DNA of 45,516 bases, from contig JAKQQL010000036.1 of assembly GCA_029564175.1 (NCBI GenBank), forward strand, positions 1 to 45,516. Direction: 5' to 3'. This stretch comes from Candidatus Cloacimonadota bacterium (GTDB lineage Bacteria; Cloacimonadota; Cloacimonadia; Cloacimonadales; WRIO01). The notes below the pieces were generated by a model. That model saw only the letters and a list, made by a program, of their open reading frames with translations, made no database searches and was not told where the DNA came from. Both the position numbers and the translations under genes were made by a program. Below, one piece after another: positions 18,248-27,759 of the stretch (positions within the stretch are counted from its first letter, which is position 1; each line of letters opens with the position of its first letter).

Positions 18248-19302
18248 TGATTATGAAAATGTATAAACAATTTTTAAGAGATTTAACTCAAAAAGTTGCT
18301 CCCTCTGGTCAAGAGGAATCAGTACAACAGTTATATATTGATTATATCAAAAAGTATAGTGATGATTTGATAAAAACTCGTCTTGGATCAGTTATTGCAG
18401 TAAAAAAAGGAAGTTCTGATTTAAAAATAATGCTTTCAGGTCACGCTGATGAAATCACTTTAATGGTGAGTTCAATCGATAGTAATGGTTTTATTTATTT
18501 TAAAGAAATGGGTGGGTTTGATGCCGTATTACTGCCTGGAATGAGAGTGAATATTCATCATGAAGGTAAGACTAGAACTGGAGTTATTGGCCGTTGTCCA
18601 AAACATTTACTCCATGATGAAAGTGCTGTTCAAATCAAAAACCTTTGGATAGATATTGCAGTTTCTTCACGCGAAGAAGCATTTATGCATGCAGAACCTG
18701 GAGATATTATTTCCTGGTCAGGTGAGTTCATGGAGTTAACAGACGACATTTTAGTTTCAAAGGCCTTTGATAATAGGGTGGGTGTCTATACCTGTGCCAG
18801 AGTCATTGAGGAACTATCTAAAGATGATTTGTATTGTTCTGTCTATGCCGCTTCTAATGTTCAGGAAGAAGTTGGTGCAAGAGGAGCCAAAACATCCGCA
18901 GCGTACGTTGAACCTGATATAGCAATTGCAATTGATGTTACTTTTGCTATTGATCATCCTGATACCAATATTAAAGAAACGGCTGATATCAAACTTGGAA
19001 AAGGACCTGCCTTAACAATGGGATCCAGAATCAATGCAAAACTATTCAAACATATCAAAAAAATTGCTGAACAGAATCAAATCCCATATCAGGTTGAGAT
19101 TTATCCTCGAAATACTGGAACCGATTTAGACGCAATTCATTCAGAGTTTAAGGGATCTGCAGGACTATTGATCAGTATTCCTTGTCGTTATATGCATAGT
19201 CCAAACGAAATGGTATCATTTTCTGATCTTGAAAACACTGTCCAATTGATTACAGCTTTTATCAGAAGTATCAAAAATACTGAGTTACTTGAACTATTTT
19301 AG
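18247..19302 (+). CDS. M42 family metallo-aminopeptidase
   Basis: APSGQE, GHADEI, SKAFDNRVG, VQEEVGARGA, AIAIDVT, GTD, PCRYMHSPNE; the start may be 18253. Confidence 0.93.
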   Translation: MIMKMYKQFLRDLTQKVAPSGQEESVQQLYIDYIKKYSDDLIKTRLGSVIAVKKGSSDLKIMLSGHADEITLMVSSIDSNGFIYFKEMGGFDAVLLPGMRVNIHHEGKTRTGVIGRCPKHLLHDESAVQIKNLWIDIAVSSREEAFMHAEPGDIISWSGEFMELTDDILVSKAFDNRVGVYTCARVIEELSKDDLYCSVYAASNVQEEVGARGAKTSAAYVEPDIAIAIDVTFAIDHPDTNIKETADIKLGKGPALTMGSRINAKLFKHIKKIAEQNQIPYQVEIYPRNTGTDLDAIHSEFKGSAGLLISIPCRYMHSPNEMVSFSDLENTVQLITAFIRSIKNTELLELF

Positions 19303-19310
19303 TTAATCAT

Positions 19311-19343
19311 ATACACTCTCTCTGCAGAGGGAGTGTGTTCTTT
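19311..19343 (+). terminator. Probable intrinsic terminator
   Basis: ACACTCTCTC-TGCA-GAGGGAGTGT followed by GTTCTTT. Confidence 0.7.
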
Positions 19344-19377
19344 ATCATCATCCTTCTTGTTTTGTTAAGGAGAATAT

Positions 19378-20523
19378 GTGTTTTTGTTATTCTTTAGTAT
19401 TGTTTTAAGCATTTATTTTTCAATAAATTATTATATCTACAGGCATATAATCAGTGTTTTTAAATTTAACTTTGCAGGGAAAAAGATATTTATTCTTCTA
19501 TTTTTTGTTTTATCTTCCTCATATTTTATTTACAGGACTGTTGATAGAATTTATCCTACGGCATGGGTCAAGTTTCTGGGTCAAATTGGTTCAATATGGC
19601 TGGCTGTAATGGTTTACAGTTTCTTACTTTTACTTATATATGACAGCATTTTGATACTTATTCGAATCATATCGCCAAACTACCTGAGATATATATTATC
19701 AATCAATAATTTTAGATTCTATTTATCTGGTTTTATGGTTTTATTGATATCTGGTTTTATCGCTTTTGGATATTTAAATGCAGGCAAACCCAAAGTGAAA
19801 GAAATCCATCTTAAAAATCATCATTTAGGGAAAAATAAATTATCAAAACCATGGAAGATCGCTTACGCTTCTGATTTACATATCAATGATCTGTTTTTCC
19901 CCGATGCCATAAAAACGCTCGTAGATGAAGTAAACAAAGCGGATGTCGATCTCATGTTGTTTGGGGGTGACGTATTTACAGAGGATGTGGCGCACTTGGC
20001 TTATCATGATAGCGGTGATTTATTAAAAAATATCAGAAGTCGACACGGTGTTTTTACTGTCTTTGGAAATCATGAATACATAGGCAGTTTAGATAGTGCC
20101 ATTAATCATTTTAAAAACTATCATATTGACATTCTGTCTGATTCTTCAGTCATCATAGATAATCAACTGGTCATAATCGGTCGTGATGACTTATCTGCCG
20201 AACGGTTTTTTCAAAAGAAAAGAGCAGATTTACAGGAATTAATCAGACCGGAATCAGACAGTCTGTTTACCATATTAATTGATCATCAGCCCAAAAGCCG
20301 AATCGAAGGCAAGGATTATCCAATTGATCTTTTTTTGTCAGGACACACGCATCATGGTCAATTGTTTCCCTTCAATTTTATTACCCAAAAACTGTTTGAT
20401 AACAGCTATGGATTACAATTCAAAGAAAACAAATACTACTACGTTTCCAGTGGGTTTGGTTTTTGGGGACCTCCTGTCAGAACAGGCAGTCAACCGGAAT
20501 TAATCATTTTTATCATTGAATAA
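19378..20523 (+). CDS. Membrane-anchored metallophosphoesterase (YkuE/YaeI-like)
   Basis: 4 N-terminal TM helices; SDLH, GGD, GNHE, DHQP, LSGHTHHGQ, GFWGPPVR; GTG start after AAGGAG. Confidence 0.93.
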   Translation: MFLLFFSIVLSIYFSINYYIYRHIISVFKFNFAGKKIFILLFFVLSSSYFIYRTVDRIYPTAWVKFLGQIGSIWLAVMVYSFLLLLIYDSILILIRIISPNYLRYILSINNFRFYLSGFMVLLISGFIAFGYLNAGKPKVKEIHLKNHHLGKNKLSKPWKIAYASDLHINDLFFPDAIKTLVDEVNKADVDLMLFGGDVFTEDVAHLAYHDSGDLLKNIRSRHGVFTVFGNHEYIGSLDSAINHFKNYHIDILSDSSVIIDNQLVIIGRDDLSAERFFQKKRADLQELIRPESDSLFTILIDHQPKSRIEGKDYPIDLFLSGHTHHGQLFPFNFITQKLFDNSYGLQFKENKYYYVSSGFGFWGPPVRTGSQPELIIFIIE

Positions 20524-20532
20524 AGAGGCTTT

Positions 20533-21804
20533 ATGTCAGAAAAACTCAATCAGTTTATAGAACGTTTTTTTAATATATTCAGAGGGTTTAAAAACAGAAA
20601 CTACTCTTTGTATTTTTTTGGGCAGGGCACTTCCCTGATAGGCACATGGATTCAAAGAACCGCTTTAAGCTGGTTGATTTACAGAATCACAGATTCTGTT
20701 TTTTGGCTGGGGCTGATTGGTTTCGTTGGACATATACCCTCCTTGGTTATAACCCCTTTTGCAGGAGTGATCGCAGATAAATATTCCCGGCATAAAATAC
20801 TGAAAGTATCGCAAACATGCTCCATGATTCAGGCATTAAGTTTAAGTGCTTTGGTATTTTATTCAGATGTTCAAATCTGGCAAATCCTTTTGTTAAGTGT
20901 CTTTTTAGGCGTTATAGAAGCATTTGAGTCACCAGTCAGACATTCGTTTATCTTTGATATGGTCGATAAAAAAGAGGAAATCGGTAATGCAATTGCCTTA
21001 AACTCTGCAATGTTTAATGGTGCCAGACTGATTGGTCCGGGAATCGCAGGATTTATGGTTGCTCAGTTTGGAGAAGCATATTGTTTTCTGATTAACGGAC
21101 TTTCTTACATAGCGGTACTTATATCCTTATTTAATATGCGGATACATGCAAGCATTCAACATATCTCAAAAGGGCATTTTATCCAAAATTTTAAAGAAGG
21201 CTTTTCTTATGTGATTCAGTTTCAACCGATCCGCTATCTGCTCATCAATGTCAGTATATTCACTTTGCTGGGTTCTTCATATACCGTTTTACTACCCTAC
21301 TATGCGAGAGAAGTTTTTAAAGGTGATGCAAAAACACTTGGTTACCTGATGTCGGGAATCGGTGCAGGTGCATTGTGTGGAGCGGTTTATCTGGCTTCCA
21401 GAAAACATTTAAAGGGCTTAGGTTCAATCATCACCAATATGGGGCATATTGCTGCCATCTGCCTGATAATTGTATCATTTTCCAAAATCTTTTATCTAAG
21501 TCTCTTTCTGGTTTTTGTCGCTGGTTGTGGTATGATGATGCAAATGGCCGGTTCCAATACGATTATTCAAAATATTGTGGATGCCGATAAAAGAGGAAGA
21601 GTCATGGGAATCTATTCAATGTCCTTTTTATCATTTATGCCCATTGGCAGCTTATTGGTAGGTACAATATCAAAGAGTATCGGTGTTGAAAAAACTTTAT
21701 TCCTGTCAGGTTCATTATGCTTCTTAGGTTCATTTATCCTGCATTTTAAACTGCCATTGATTCGTGAAAAGATCAGAGAAAAATTTAGGAATCAGGCTCA
21801 ATAA
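20533..21804 (+). CDS. MFS transporter (MFS_3-like)
   Basis: NRNYSLYFFGQGTSLIGTWIQ, GVIADKYSRHK, NAIALNS, RGRVMG; about 12 TM helices. Confidence 0.93.
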   Translation: MSEKLNQFIERFFNIFRGFKNRNYSLYFFGQGTSLIGTWIQRTALSWLIYRITDSVFWLGLIGFVGHIPSLVITPFAGVIADKYSRHKILKVSQTCSMIQALSLSALVFYSDVQIWQILLLSVFLGVIEAFESPVRHSFIFDMVDKKEEIGNAIALNSAMFNGARLIGPGIAGFMVAQFGEAYCFLINGLSYIAVLISLFNMRIHASIQHISKGHFIQNFKEGFSYVIQFQPIRYLLINVSIFTLLGSSYTVLLPYYAREVFKGDAKTLGYLMSGIGAGALCGAVYLASRKHLKGLGSIITNMGHIAAICLIIVSFSKIFYLSLFLVFVAGCGMMMQMAGSNTIIQNIVDADKRGRVMGIYSMSFLSFMPIGSLLVGTISKSIGVEKTLFLSGSLCFLGSFILHFKLPLIREKIREKFRNQAQ

Positions 21805-21805
21805 T

Positions 21806-21862
21806 CGTACTGCGAGCATCCTGCTTGCAGAGACAGATTACAAGCAAGACGCTTGTAGTGCG
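21806..21862. repeat. Inverted REP doublet (REPIN-like)
   Basis: CGTAC-TGCGAGC-ATCCT-GCTTGCA, a 9-bp spacer, then the inverted copy TACAAGC-AAGAC-GCTTGTA-GTGCG; lies between convergent genes. Confidence 0.8.
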
Positions 21863-21871
21863 TACCACCCC

Positions 21872-21899
21872 GTACAGACGCGATTAATCGTGTCTCTAC
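21872..21899. repeat. GTAG/GTAC-type REP palindrome
   Basis: GTACAGACGCGATTAATCGTGTCTCTAC, related to 18168-18196. Confidence 0.8.
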
Positions 21900-21906
21900 A
21901 TTATGA

Positions 21907-22578
21907 TCAGGGTTTGCAATCCGCACAGGGTTCGTACCCTTCATTTTTGGCATCAATATTTTTGTTAAAATAGATTCTGTTTTGTTTTGGTATTTTTTTT
22001 ACCCATTTACAAGAAGAACGATGGAACTTTTTTGACTTCTTTGAGGCAACATAGGAGCCGCTTTTAAGTGTTAAGCCTGGTTTATTAACCGAAGGCTTTT
22101 TTATTTTTTCGTTCTTCTGTTCTTTTCGGAAATCCCACGGTGCCTGTGCATTCTTATCTGTCCATAAGCCTTTATTTTTCTCTCTGGCTTCATTTTCCAG
22201 TTGAGTGAGGCTCTCATCTTTACTGTACTCTTTATAATGCCATGCAAAACCGTTTTTAATCAGTTCACGATTAAGAGAACGTCCATCCGGAAGAAAGACT
22301 TCTGCAACTGAACGACCATACATATCTTTATTTATTACATCTGCTTTGACAGTCTTATTAAAGACTAATTCAGAAGTAAATTGACGGGCTTTTGAACCAA
22401 AATCCTGATTCTTTTCAGGACAATCAACCGCATAAAGCCTGATTCTTTCAGGTTTCCCTTTAAACAAAATTTCTATGGTATCTCCGTCTTTAACAGAAAT
22501 CACTTTTCCCTGAATGATCTCAGCAGACAGAGAACCAATAAAGATCAGGATTATGATAAGACTGATAAAATGTTTCAT
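21907..22578 (-). CDS. Secreted thermonuclease (SNase family) with a C-terminal Ada-type metal-binding domain
   Basis: Signal peptide, DGDT, RIRLYAVDCPE, DMYGR, GLW; C-terminal YVASKKSKKFHRSSC...GYEPCADCKP. Confidence 0.92.
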   Translation of the reverse strand: MKHFISLIIILIFIGSLSAEIIQGKVISVKDGDTIEILFKGKPERIRLYAVDCPEKNQDFGSKARQFTSELVFNKTVKADVINKDMYGRSVAEVFLPDGRSLNRELIKNGFAWHYKEYSKDESLTQLENEAREKNKGLWTDKNAQAPWDFRKEQKNEKIKKPSVNKPGLTLKSGSYVASKKSKKFHRSSCKWVKKIPKQNRIYFNKNIDAKNEGYEPCADCKP

Positions 22579-22590
22579 ACAGCACCTGAC

Positions 22591-23184
22591 TTATTTATCA
22601 AATAATTCTTTTAGTACCGGCAATATCGCCTGAAAAGCTCTGGCACGATGACTGATCTGATTTTTTTCATCGTCAGAGAGTTCGGCAAATGTTTTATCTA
22701 AACCTTCCGGTACAAAAATGGGATCATATCCAAAGCCTGAATGACCCCGCTGGGTTCCCAGTAAATAGCCGTTGATAATTCCTTTGCGTGTAATCACATC
22801 CTCTTTATCAGGAAAAGCAAGGCTAACTACCGTTTCAAACCGGGCTTCCCGATTACTGATGCCTTCCATATTTTTCAGCATTTTATTGACATTATCGGCA
22901 TAAGTGCAATTCTCACCGGCATATCGGGCAGCAAAAACACCCGGTTCGTCATTAAGCGCACTGACAAAAAAACCGGTATCATCCGCAATGGCAGGAATAT
23001 GGGTAAAAAGGGCAGCTTCTCTGGCTTTTTTTATGGAATTACCCTCAATTGTATCTCTATCCTCAATCGTATCAGGCAGATTTTCAATATCAGCCGCACA
23101 TATCAGTTCAATATTCAATTCAGAAAGAATTGATTTAATTTCTTCAAATTTATGTCTGTTTTTTGTAGCAACTAGTAATTTCAT
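22591..23184 (-). CDS. rdgB: dITP/XTP pyrophosphatase
   Basis: ATKNRHK, ADDTG, PGVFAARYAG, GFGYDPIF, KNQISHRARA. Confidence 0.96.
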   Translation of the reverse strand: MKLLVATKNRHKFEEIKSILSELNIELICAADIENLPDTIEDRDTIEGNSIKKAREAALFTHIPAIADDTGFFVSALNDEPGVFAARYAGENCTYADNVNKMLKNMEGISNREARFETVVSLAFPDKEDVITRKGIINGYLLGTQRGHSGFGYDPIFVPEGLDKTFAELSDDEKNQISHRARAFQAILPVLKELFDK

Positions 23185-23716
23185 TATTTGCTCCGGAAAC
23201 CTTTTTAAAGAAGGTTTTTACGGCATTAATGGCAGGATTATTGAGCTTGGTCTGAATCAAATGAGTAATAGAACGAATCAGTTCAATCACATTCTTCTTA
23301 CCGCTCCAGTTATCACGAATCACCTGTTCATCGGTTTCAATCAATACCTGATCAAGTGCCAGAACAACTAATACCAGATCATCTACATAGCCTAAAATAG
23401 GGATGAAATCAGGAATAATATCTATAGGCAAAATCAGATATCCGATAATTGAACCTAAAAATACTTTTCGGGTAGCAGGAATACGTTTATCAATAAATAG
23501 TCTTGTCAACAGAATAAAAAAATCAGGTAATGCGAACAAAAAATCAGAGATTTGAATTTTGGAGGGATCTTTTGATCTGGGGAGTTTATCTCCAAAACGT
23601 TTTCTGAGTTTTTCATAGAATTCCAATTTTTTGGGTTCGTCATTAATGACTTTTTCATTGATTTTGTTCAAGTTTTCAGCATTTAACTCTTCGGTTTTGA
23701 TTTCTTCTGCACTCAT
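23150..23716 (-). CDS. YkvA/DUF1232 family protein
   Basis: YLILPIDIIPDFIPILGYVDD motif. The likely start is MSAEE at 23716 after GGAGG; overlaps the rdgB start by 35 bp. Confidence 0.88.
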   Translation of the reverse strand: MSAEEIKTEELNAENLNKINEKVINDEPKKLEFYEKLRKRFGDKLPRSKDPSKIQISDFLFALPDFFILLTRLFIDKRIPATRKVFLGSIIGYLILPIDIIPDFIPILGYVDDLVLVVLALDQVLIETDEQVIRDNWSGKKNVIELIRSITHLIQTKLNNPAINAVKTFFKKVSGANNEITSCYKKQT

Positions 23717-23736
23717 TCTATTCCTCCATAACATTT

Positions 23737-23763
23737 AAAAAGGGCATATATCTCTATATGCCC
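23737..23763 (-). terminator. Intrinsic terminator after valS
   Basis: Minus strand GGGCATATA-GAGA-TATATGCCC-TTTTT. Confidence 0.8.
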
Positions 23764-23773
23764 AATGTCTGAA

Positions 23774-26422
23774 TTATAATCCATTATAAATATCTTTAGT
23801 TTTTGAAAGTTTATCGCTTACTTCAGCTTCTTTTTCTTTTTCTTTGGCAACCACTTCTTCTTTTGCATTGCTTACAAACTGTTCATTTCCCAGCTTTCTT
23901 TGGATTACAGAAAGTTCCTGTTCCAGTTTGGCAATCTGTTTTGAAAGTCTTTGTTTTTCTGCTTCAACATCAATTAAGCCGGCTAAAGGCAGGAAAATCT
24001 GAACATTTTGTGCCACTGCAGCCAGTGAAGATTTTGGTTTTTCAACATCAATACCAACATGAGCTGTTTTCACTTTTGCCAGTTTTTTCAGATAATTCTG
24101 ATAATTTTCATATAATTTTACCTGAGAGTCGTCAACGCATTTGATAGTTAGTTCAATTTCCAGACCAGGAGCGAGATTGACCTGTTTTCTAAGGTTTCTG
24201 ATTGCAGAAATTGATTCCATAATCAATGCCATATTATTCATGATTTCATGATTGATTTTATTTTCATCTGTTAAAGGGAATTGAGCAATAATCAATGCTT
24301 CTTCATCCATTGGATAATACTGTTTAATCAGTTGCCAGATTTCTTCAGAAATAAAAGGCATAATCGGATGAATTAATCGCATGGATTGCTGGAACACATC
24401 AAGCAATACCCACTTTGTGGTTAAATGAACAACCGGATCAGTATCAGAGTAGAACTTCTCTTTGGCAATTTCAAGATACCAGGAGCAGAAATCATCCCAT
24501 ATAAACTGCATCAGATTTTGAGCTGCGTCATTAAATCTGAGATTTTCATAATCTTCGCGACTTTGTTTGATGACTTGATTTAATCGGCTTATAATCCACT
24601 GATCAGCTAAATCTGGTTTGATTTGATCAGGTGTTGGCAGACCATCAATTTTCTCAATATTCATGATCATAAAACGGAAAGCATTCCAAATTTTATTACA
24701 GAAATTACGACCGGTTTCCAGAATCGCATTTGAATAATAAGTATCCTGACCTTTTGGTGTGTTAAAGATCATGCTAAAACGCAGTGCATCTGCTCCCACT
24801 TCATTGATAATATCGATTGGATCAGGGGAATTCCCTAAAGATTTACTCATTTTTCTGCCAAGTTCATCTCTCACTGTTCCATGAAGTAAAACCGTATCAA
24901 AAGGTATCATATCTTTAAATTCAAGCGTTGCCATAATCATACGGGCAACCCAGAGATAAATGATTTCAGGGGCTGTAATCAGCAGTTTGGTTGGCAGGAA
25001 ATATTTAAGGTCTTCAGTCTCTTCCGGCCAGCCCATGGTTGAAAATGGCCATAACCATGAAGAAAACCAGGTGTCAAGCACATCTTCATCCTGTCTAAAC
25101 TGTGTATGTTTACATTTTGGACATTCATGTGGTGTTTCAGAACTTACAATCATCTCATTACATTCCAGACAATAATAGGCTGGAATGCGGTGACCCCACC
25201 AAATCTGACGGGAAATACACCAGTCACGGATATTATTCATCCAGTGCATATACACTTTTGTCCAACGTTCCGGATAGAAAGAAATCTGACCATTTTCAAC
25301 AACTTCTATGGCTCTTTTTGCCAAAGGTTTCATTCTGACAAACCATTGATCGGAAAGATAGGGTTCAATCACGGTATCACAACGGTAACAATGACCTACT
25401 GAATGATCGTGATTGTCTGTTTTAACCAGCAGATTCTCCTTTTCAAGCTGTTCAAGCAGTTTTTTTCTACATTCAAACCTGTCGAGACCTTCAAACTGAC
25501 TGCCGGCAAGTTCATTCATTTTTGCCTGTTCATCCATAACTGTCATCGGAGTCAAGCCATGACGGTTACCCACTTCAAAATCGTTCGGATCATGAGCAGG
25601 TGTAATCTTTACACAGCCTGTTCCGAATTCTTTTTCCACATATTCATCAGCAATCACCGGGATTGGACGATTAGCAACCGGCAAAATAACATTTTTGCCT
25701 ATGAGGTTTTGATAACGTTCATCACCAGGGTGAACGGCAACTGCCACGTCTCCGAGCATTGTTTCAGGACGTGTTGTAGCAACAACGAGATAGCCTGTTC
25801 CATCTTCATAAGGATATTTAATATGCCAGAGTTTCCCCTGTTCATCAGCGTACTCCACTTCATCATTAGCCAGCGCCGTAATACAACGGGGACACCAGTT
25901 GATAATGTATTTTCCTTTGTAAATCAGGTCTTTTTTGTATAGATGAACAAATACTTCTTTAACTGCTTTTGACAGACCTTCATCCATCGTAAAACGCTCA
26001 TGTGACCAGTCACAGGAAGCGCCAAGCTGCTTAAGCTGTTCAATGATATGTCCGCCTTTTTCTTCTTTCCATTTCCAGATCAGTTTTATCAATTCTTCAC
26101 GACCGACATCATGTCTGTTTTTCCCTTGTTTTGCAAGGTCTTTTTCTACCATATTTTGAGTGGCAATACCGGCATGATCAGTGCCTGGAATCCAGAGTGT
26201 AGGTTCTTGATTCATTCTGTGATAACGAACAGCCACATCCTGTAATGTATTGTTAAGCACATGACCCATGTGCAGAATACCAGTAACGTTTGGAGGAGGA
26301 ATCAGTACAGTAAAAGGCTTTTTATCAGGGTCTTTTTTAGCTTTAAAATGACCATTTTCAAGCCAGAAGCTGTACCATTTTTTTTCAATTTCATTTGCTG
26401 AATAATGTTTGTTTAATTCCAT
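23774..26422 (-). CDS. valS: Valine--tRNA ligase
   Basis: PPPNVTGILHMGH, DWCISRQIWWGHRIP, DVLDTWFSS, KMSKS, C-terminal coiled-coil arm. Confidence 0.98.
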   Translation of the reverse strand: MELNKHYSANEIEKKWYSFWLENGHFKAKKDPDKKPFTVLIPPPNVTGILHMGHVLNNTLQDVAVRYHRMNQEPTLWIPGTDHAGIATQNMVEKDLAKQGKNRHDVGREELIKLIWKWKEEKGGHIIEQLKQLGASCDWSHERFTMDEGLSKAVKEVFVHLYKKDLIYKGKYIINWCPRCITALANDEVEYADEQGKLWHIKYPYEDGTGYLVVATTRPETMLGDVAVAVHPGDERYQNLIGKNVILPVANRPIPVIADEYVEKEFGTGCVKITPAHDPNDFEVGNRHGLTPMTVMDEQAKMNELAGSQFEGLDRFECRKKLLEQLEKENLLVKTDNHDHSVGHCYRCDTVIEPYLSDQWFVRMKPLAKRAIEVVENGQISFYPERWTKVYMHWMNNIRDWCISRQIWWGHRIPAYYCLECNEMIVSSETPHECPKCKHTQFRQDEDVLDTWFSSWLWPFSTMGWPEETEDLKYFLPTKLLITAPEIIYLWVARMIMATLEFKDMIPFDTVLLHGTVRDELGRKMSKSLGNSPDPIDIINEVGADALRFSMIFNTPKGQDTYYSNAILETGRNFCNKIWNAFRFMIMNIEKIDGLPTPDQIKPDLADQWIISRLNQVIKQSREDYENLRFNDAAQNLMQFIWDDFCSWYLEIAKEKFYSDTDPVVHLTTKWVLLDVFQQSMRLIHPIMPFISEEIWQLIKQYYPMDEEALIIAQFPLTDENKINHEIMNNMALIMESISAIRNLRKQVNLAPGLEIELTIKCVDDSQVKLYENYQNYLKKLAKVKTAHVGIDVEKPKSSLAAVAQNVQIFLPLAGLIDVEAEKQRLSKQIAKLEQELSVIQRKLGNEQFVSNAKEEVVAKEKEKEAEVSDKLSKTKDIYNGL

Positions 26423-26434
26423 AATGTCCTCAAT

Positions 26435-26956
26435 TTATTTTATGTAGTTTATTTTTCTTAAAAAATGCTGATGAGACCAGAAGCAGATAGGCGGAAGTGC
26501 CTCCTGCTTAAAGAACTTCGCTTCCAAAGCATCATCTCCGGCTTTAAGTTCTCCTCCGGTAATTTTCATAACAAAACCGAATGATAGAACCCTGATATAA
26601 AATGGTGAAAATCCGGTATAATAATCAATGAAGGTACTTACTTCACCTATTAGACCGGTTTCTTCTCTTAACTCTTCAACAGCACATTCATCGGGCGTTT
26701 GCCATATTTCGATATAACCACTGGGTAAAGCCCATTCCAATGCTTTTGGCTCAAATTTACGTTTTACCAGAAGCAGCTCATTTTGTTCATTAATTACCAC
26801 ACAGGCTGCTGCAGGAATCGGATTTTTATAATAAATCCATCCACAATTTTCACAATGCGGTCTTTCCTTGTTTTCACGGTCATCTTTAACTATCAGTTCT
26901 GCTCCGCATTTTACACAGAATCTGATATTTTGATACATATTCTTAAAATCTTCCAT
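26435..26956 (-). CDS. NUDIX hydrolase with N-terminal zinc ribbon
   Basis: FCVKCG...CENCGWIYYKNP; Nudix box GYIEIWQTPDECAVEELREETGL. Confidence 0.92.
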   Translation of the reverse strand: MEDFKNMYQNIRFCVKCGAELIVKDDRENKERPHCENCGWIYYKNPIPAAACVVINEQNELLLVKRKFEPKALEWALPSGYIEIWQTPDECAVEELREETGLIGEVSTFIDYYTGFSPFYIRVLSFGFVMKITGGELKAGDDALEAKFFKQEALPPICFWSHQHFLRKINYIK

Positions 26957-27117
26957 AATTGAAATTAATTTCTGGATTTGTTTTATCTGTCAAGTTATTT
27001 TTCTGGATTGAGAATTATTTTAATGAAAAACCGTTATCAGAAAATGATATAAGTAGACTAATTATGAGATTTGTTTGTAAATACCTCAAAAAAAATGAAA
27101 TGAATACAGGGTATCAT

Positions 27118-27756
27118 TTACTTAATCAGATTAAGGCAATCACCAAGTAAGAACTGAAGTCTCCCGATTAACAGGGATATACGTGCCATGACTGTATAGC
27201 CAAATGATGCACCAAAACTGATCATCAGAAAAATGATGCCGAGTCGAGCATTATACCCAATAAACCCTTTGTGTTTTTTACTGAAATAAAAATAGACTAA
27301 TCCAGTAATTGTGCCAATTATGATAATAAATTGACCGATAATAACAGCTAAATTACCTGATGAAAATGGATTGAGCATCGTTGCAGTTGTTTGTGAGAGG
27401 ACATCTGATTTTAAAAAACGGAGTAAACTGATTCCTGCAGTTGTCCCAATCAGCAATGATAAAGGATAAAAACTCAACTTTTCAAATTTTGGTATTATAC
27501 GTAACAACATCATAATTCCTAAAATACCTGGTATAAAATATATCCAGTTTGCTAAAGGGTCAGTTAATATTTTTGAAAAAAGATTAGGAATCAAAATATT
27601 ATAAATCGTGTAAATCAGCCAGTAGGCAGCAGATACGCCAACAAATATCTGTTCAGCAATTTTATAAAATGGATTGTCTTTATATAAAAAGCTCCAGATA
27701 GCCAGTGTGCTTAATGCACCTAACCATAATCCTAACATCGTCCAGAATTGTATCAT
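27118..27756 (-). CDS. Conserved-looking multi-pass membrane protein (gene 4 of an unknown membrane operon)
   Basis: About 6 hydrophobic helices; TLAIWSFLYKDNPFYKIAE, FLMISFGASFGYTVMARISLLIGR. Confidence 0.85.
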   Translation of the reverse strand: MIQFWTMLGLWLGALSTLAIWSFLYKDNPFYKIAEQIFVGVSAAYWLIYTIYNILIPNLFSKILTDPLANWIYFIPGILGIMMLLRIIPKFEKLSFYPLSLLIGTTAGISLLRFLKSDVLSQTTATMLNPFSSGNLAVIIGQFIIIIGTITGLVYFYFSKKHKGFIGYNARLGIIFLMISFGASFGYTVMARISLLIGRLQFLLGDCLNLIK

Positions 27757-27759
27757 AAT

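Noticed and set aside
21764..21973. 69-aa ORF
   Set aside because: It spans the REP cluster and overlaps both flanking genes.
23803..26245. Plus-strand ORFs inside valS (also those within rdgB, wecA, the kinase and the activator)
   Set aside because: Antisense or alternate-frame shadows of well-supported genes, with no motifs.
26957..27117. T-box leader for valS
   Set aside because: No T-box consensus or terminator/antiterminator seen, and a NUDIX gene intervenes.
26959..27150. 63-aa plus-strand ORF
   Set aside because: No SD; opposite to both neighbours and covers the probable NUDIX-valS promoter region.
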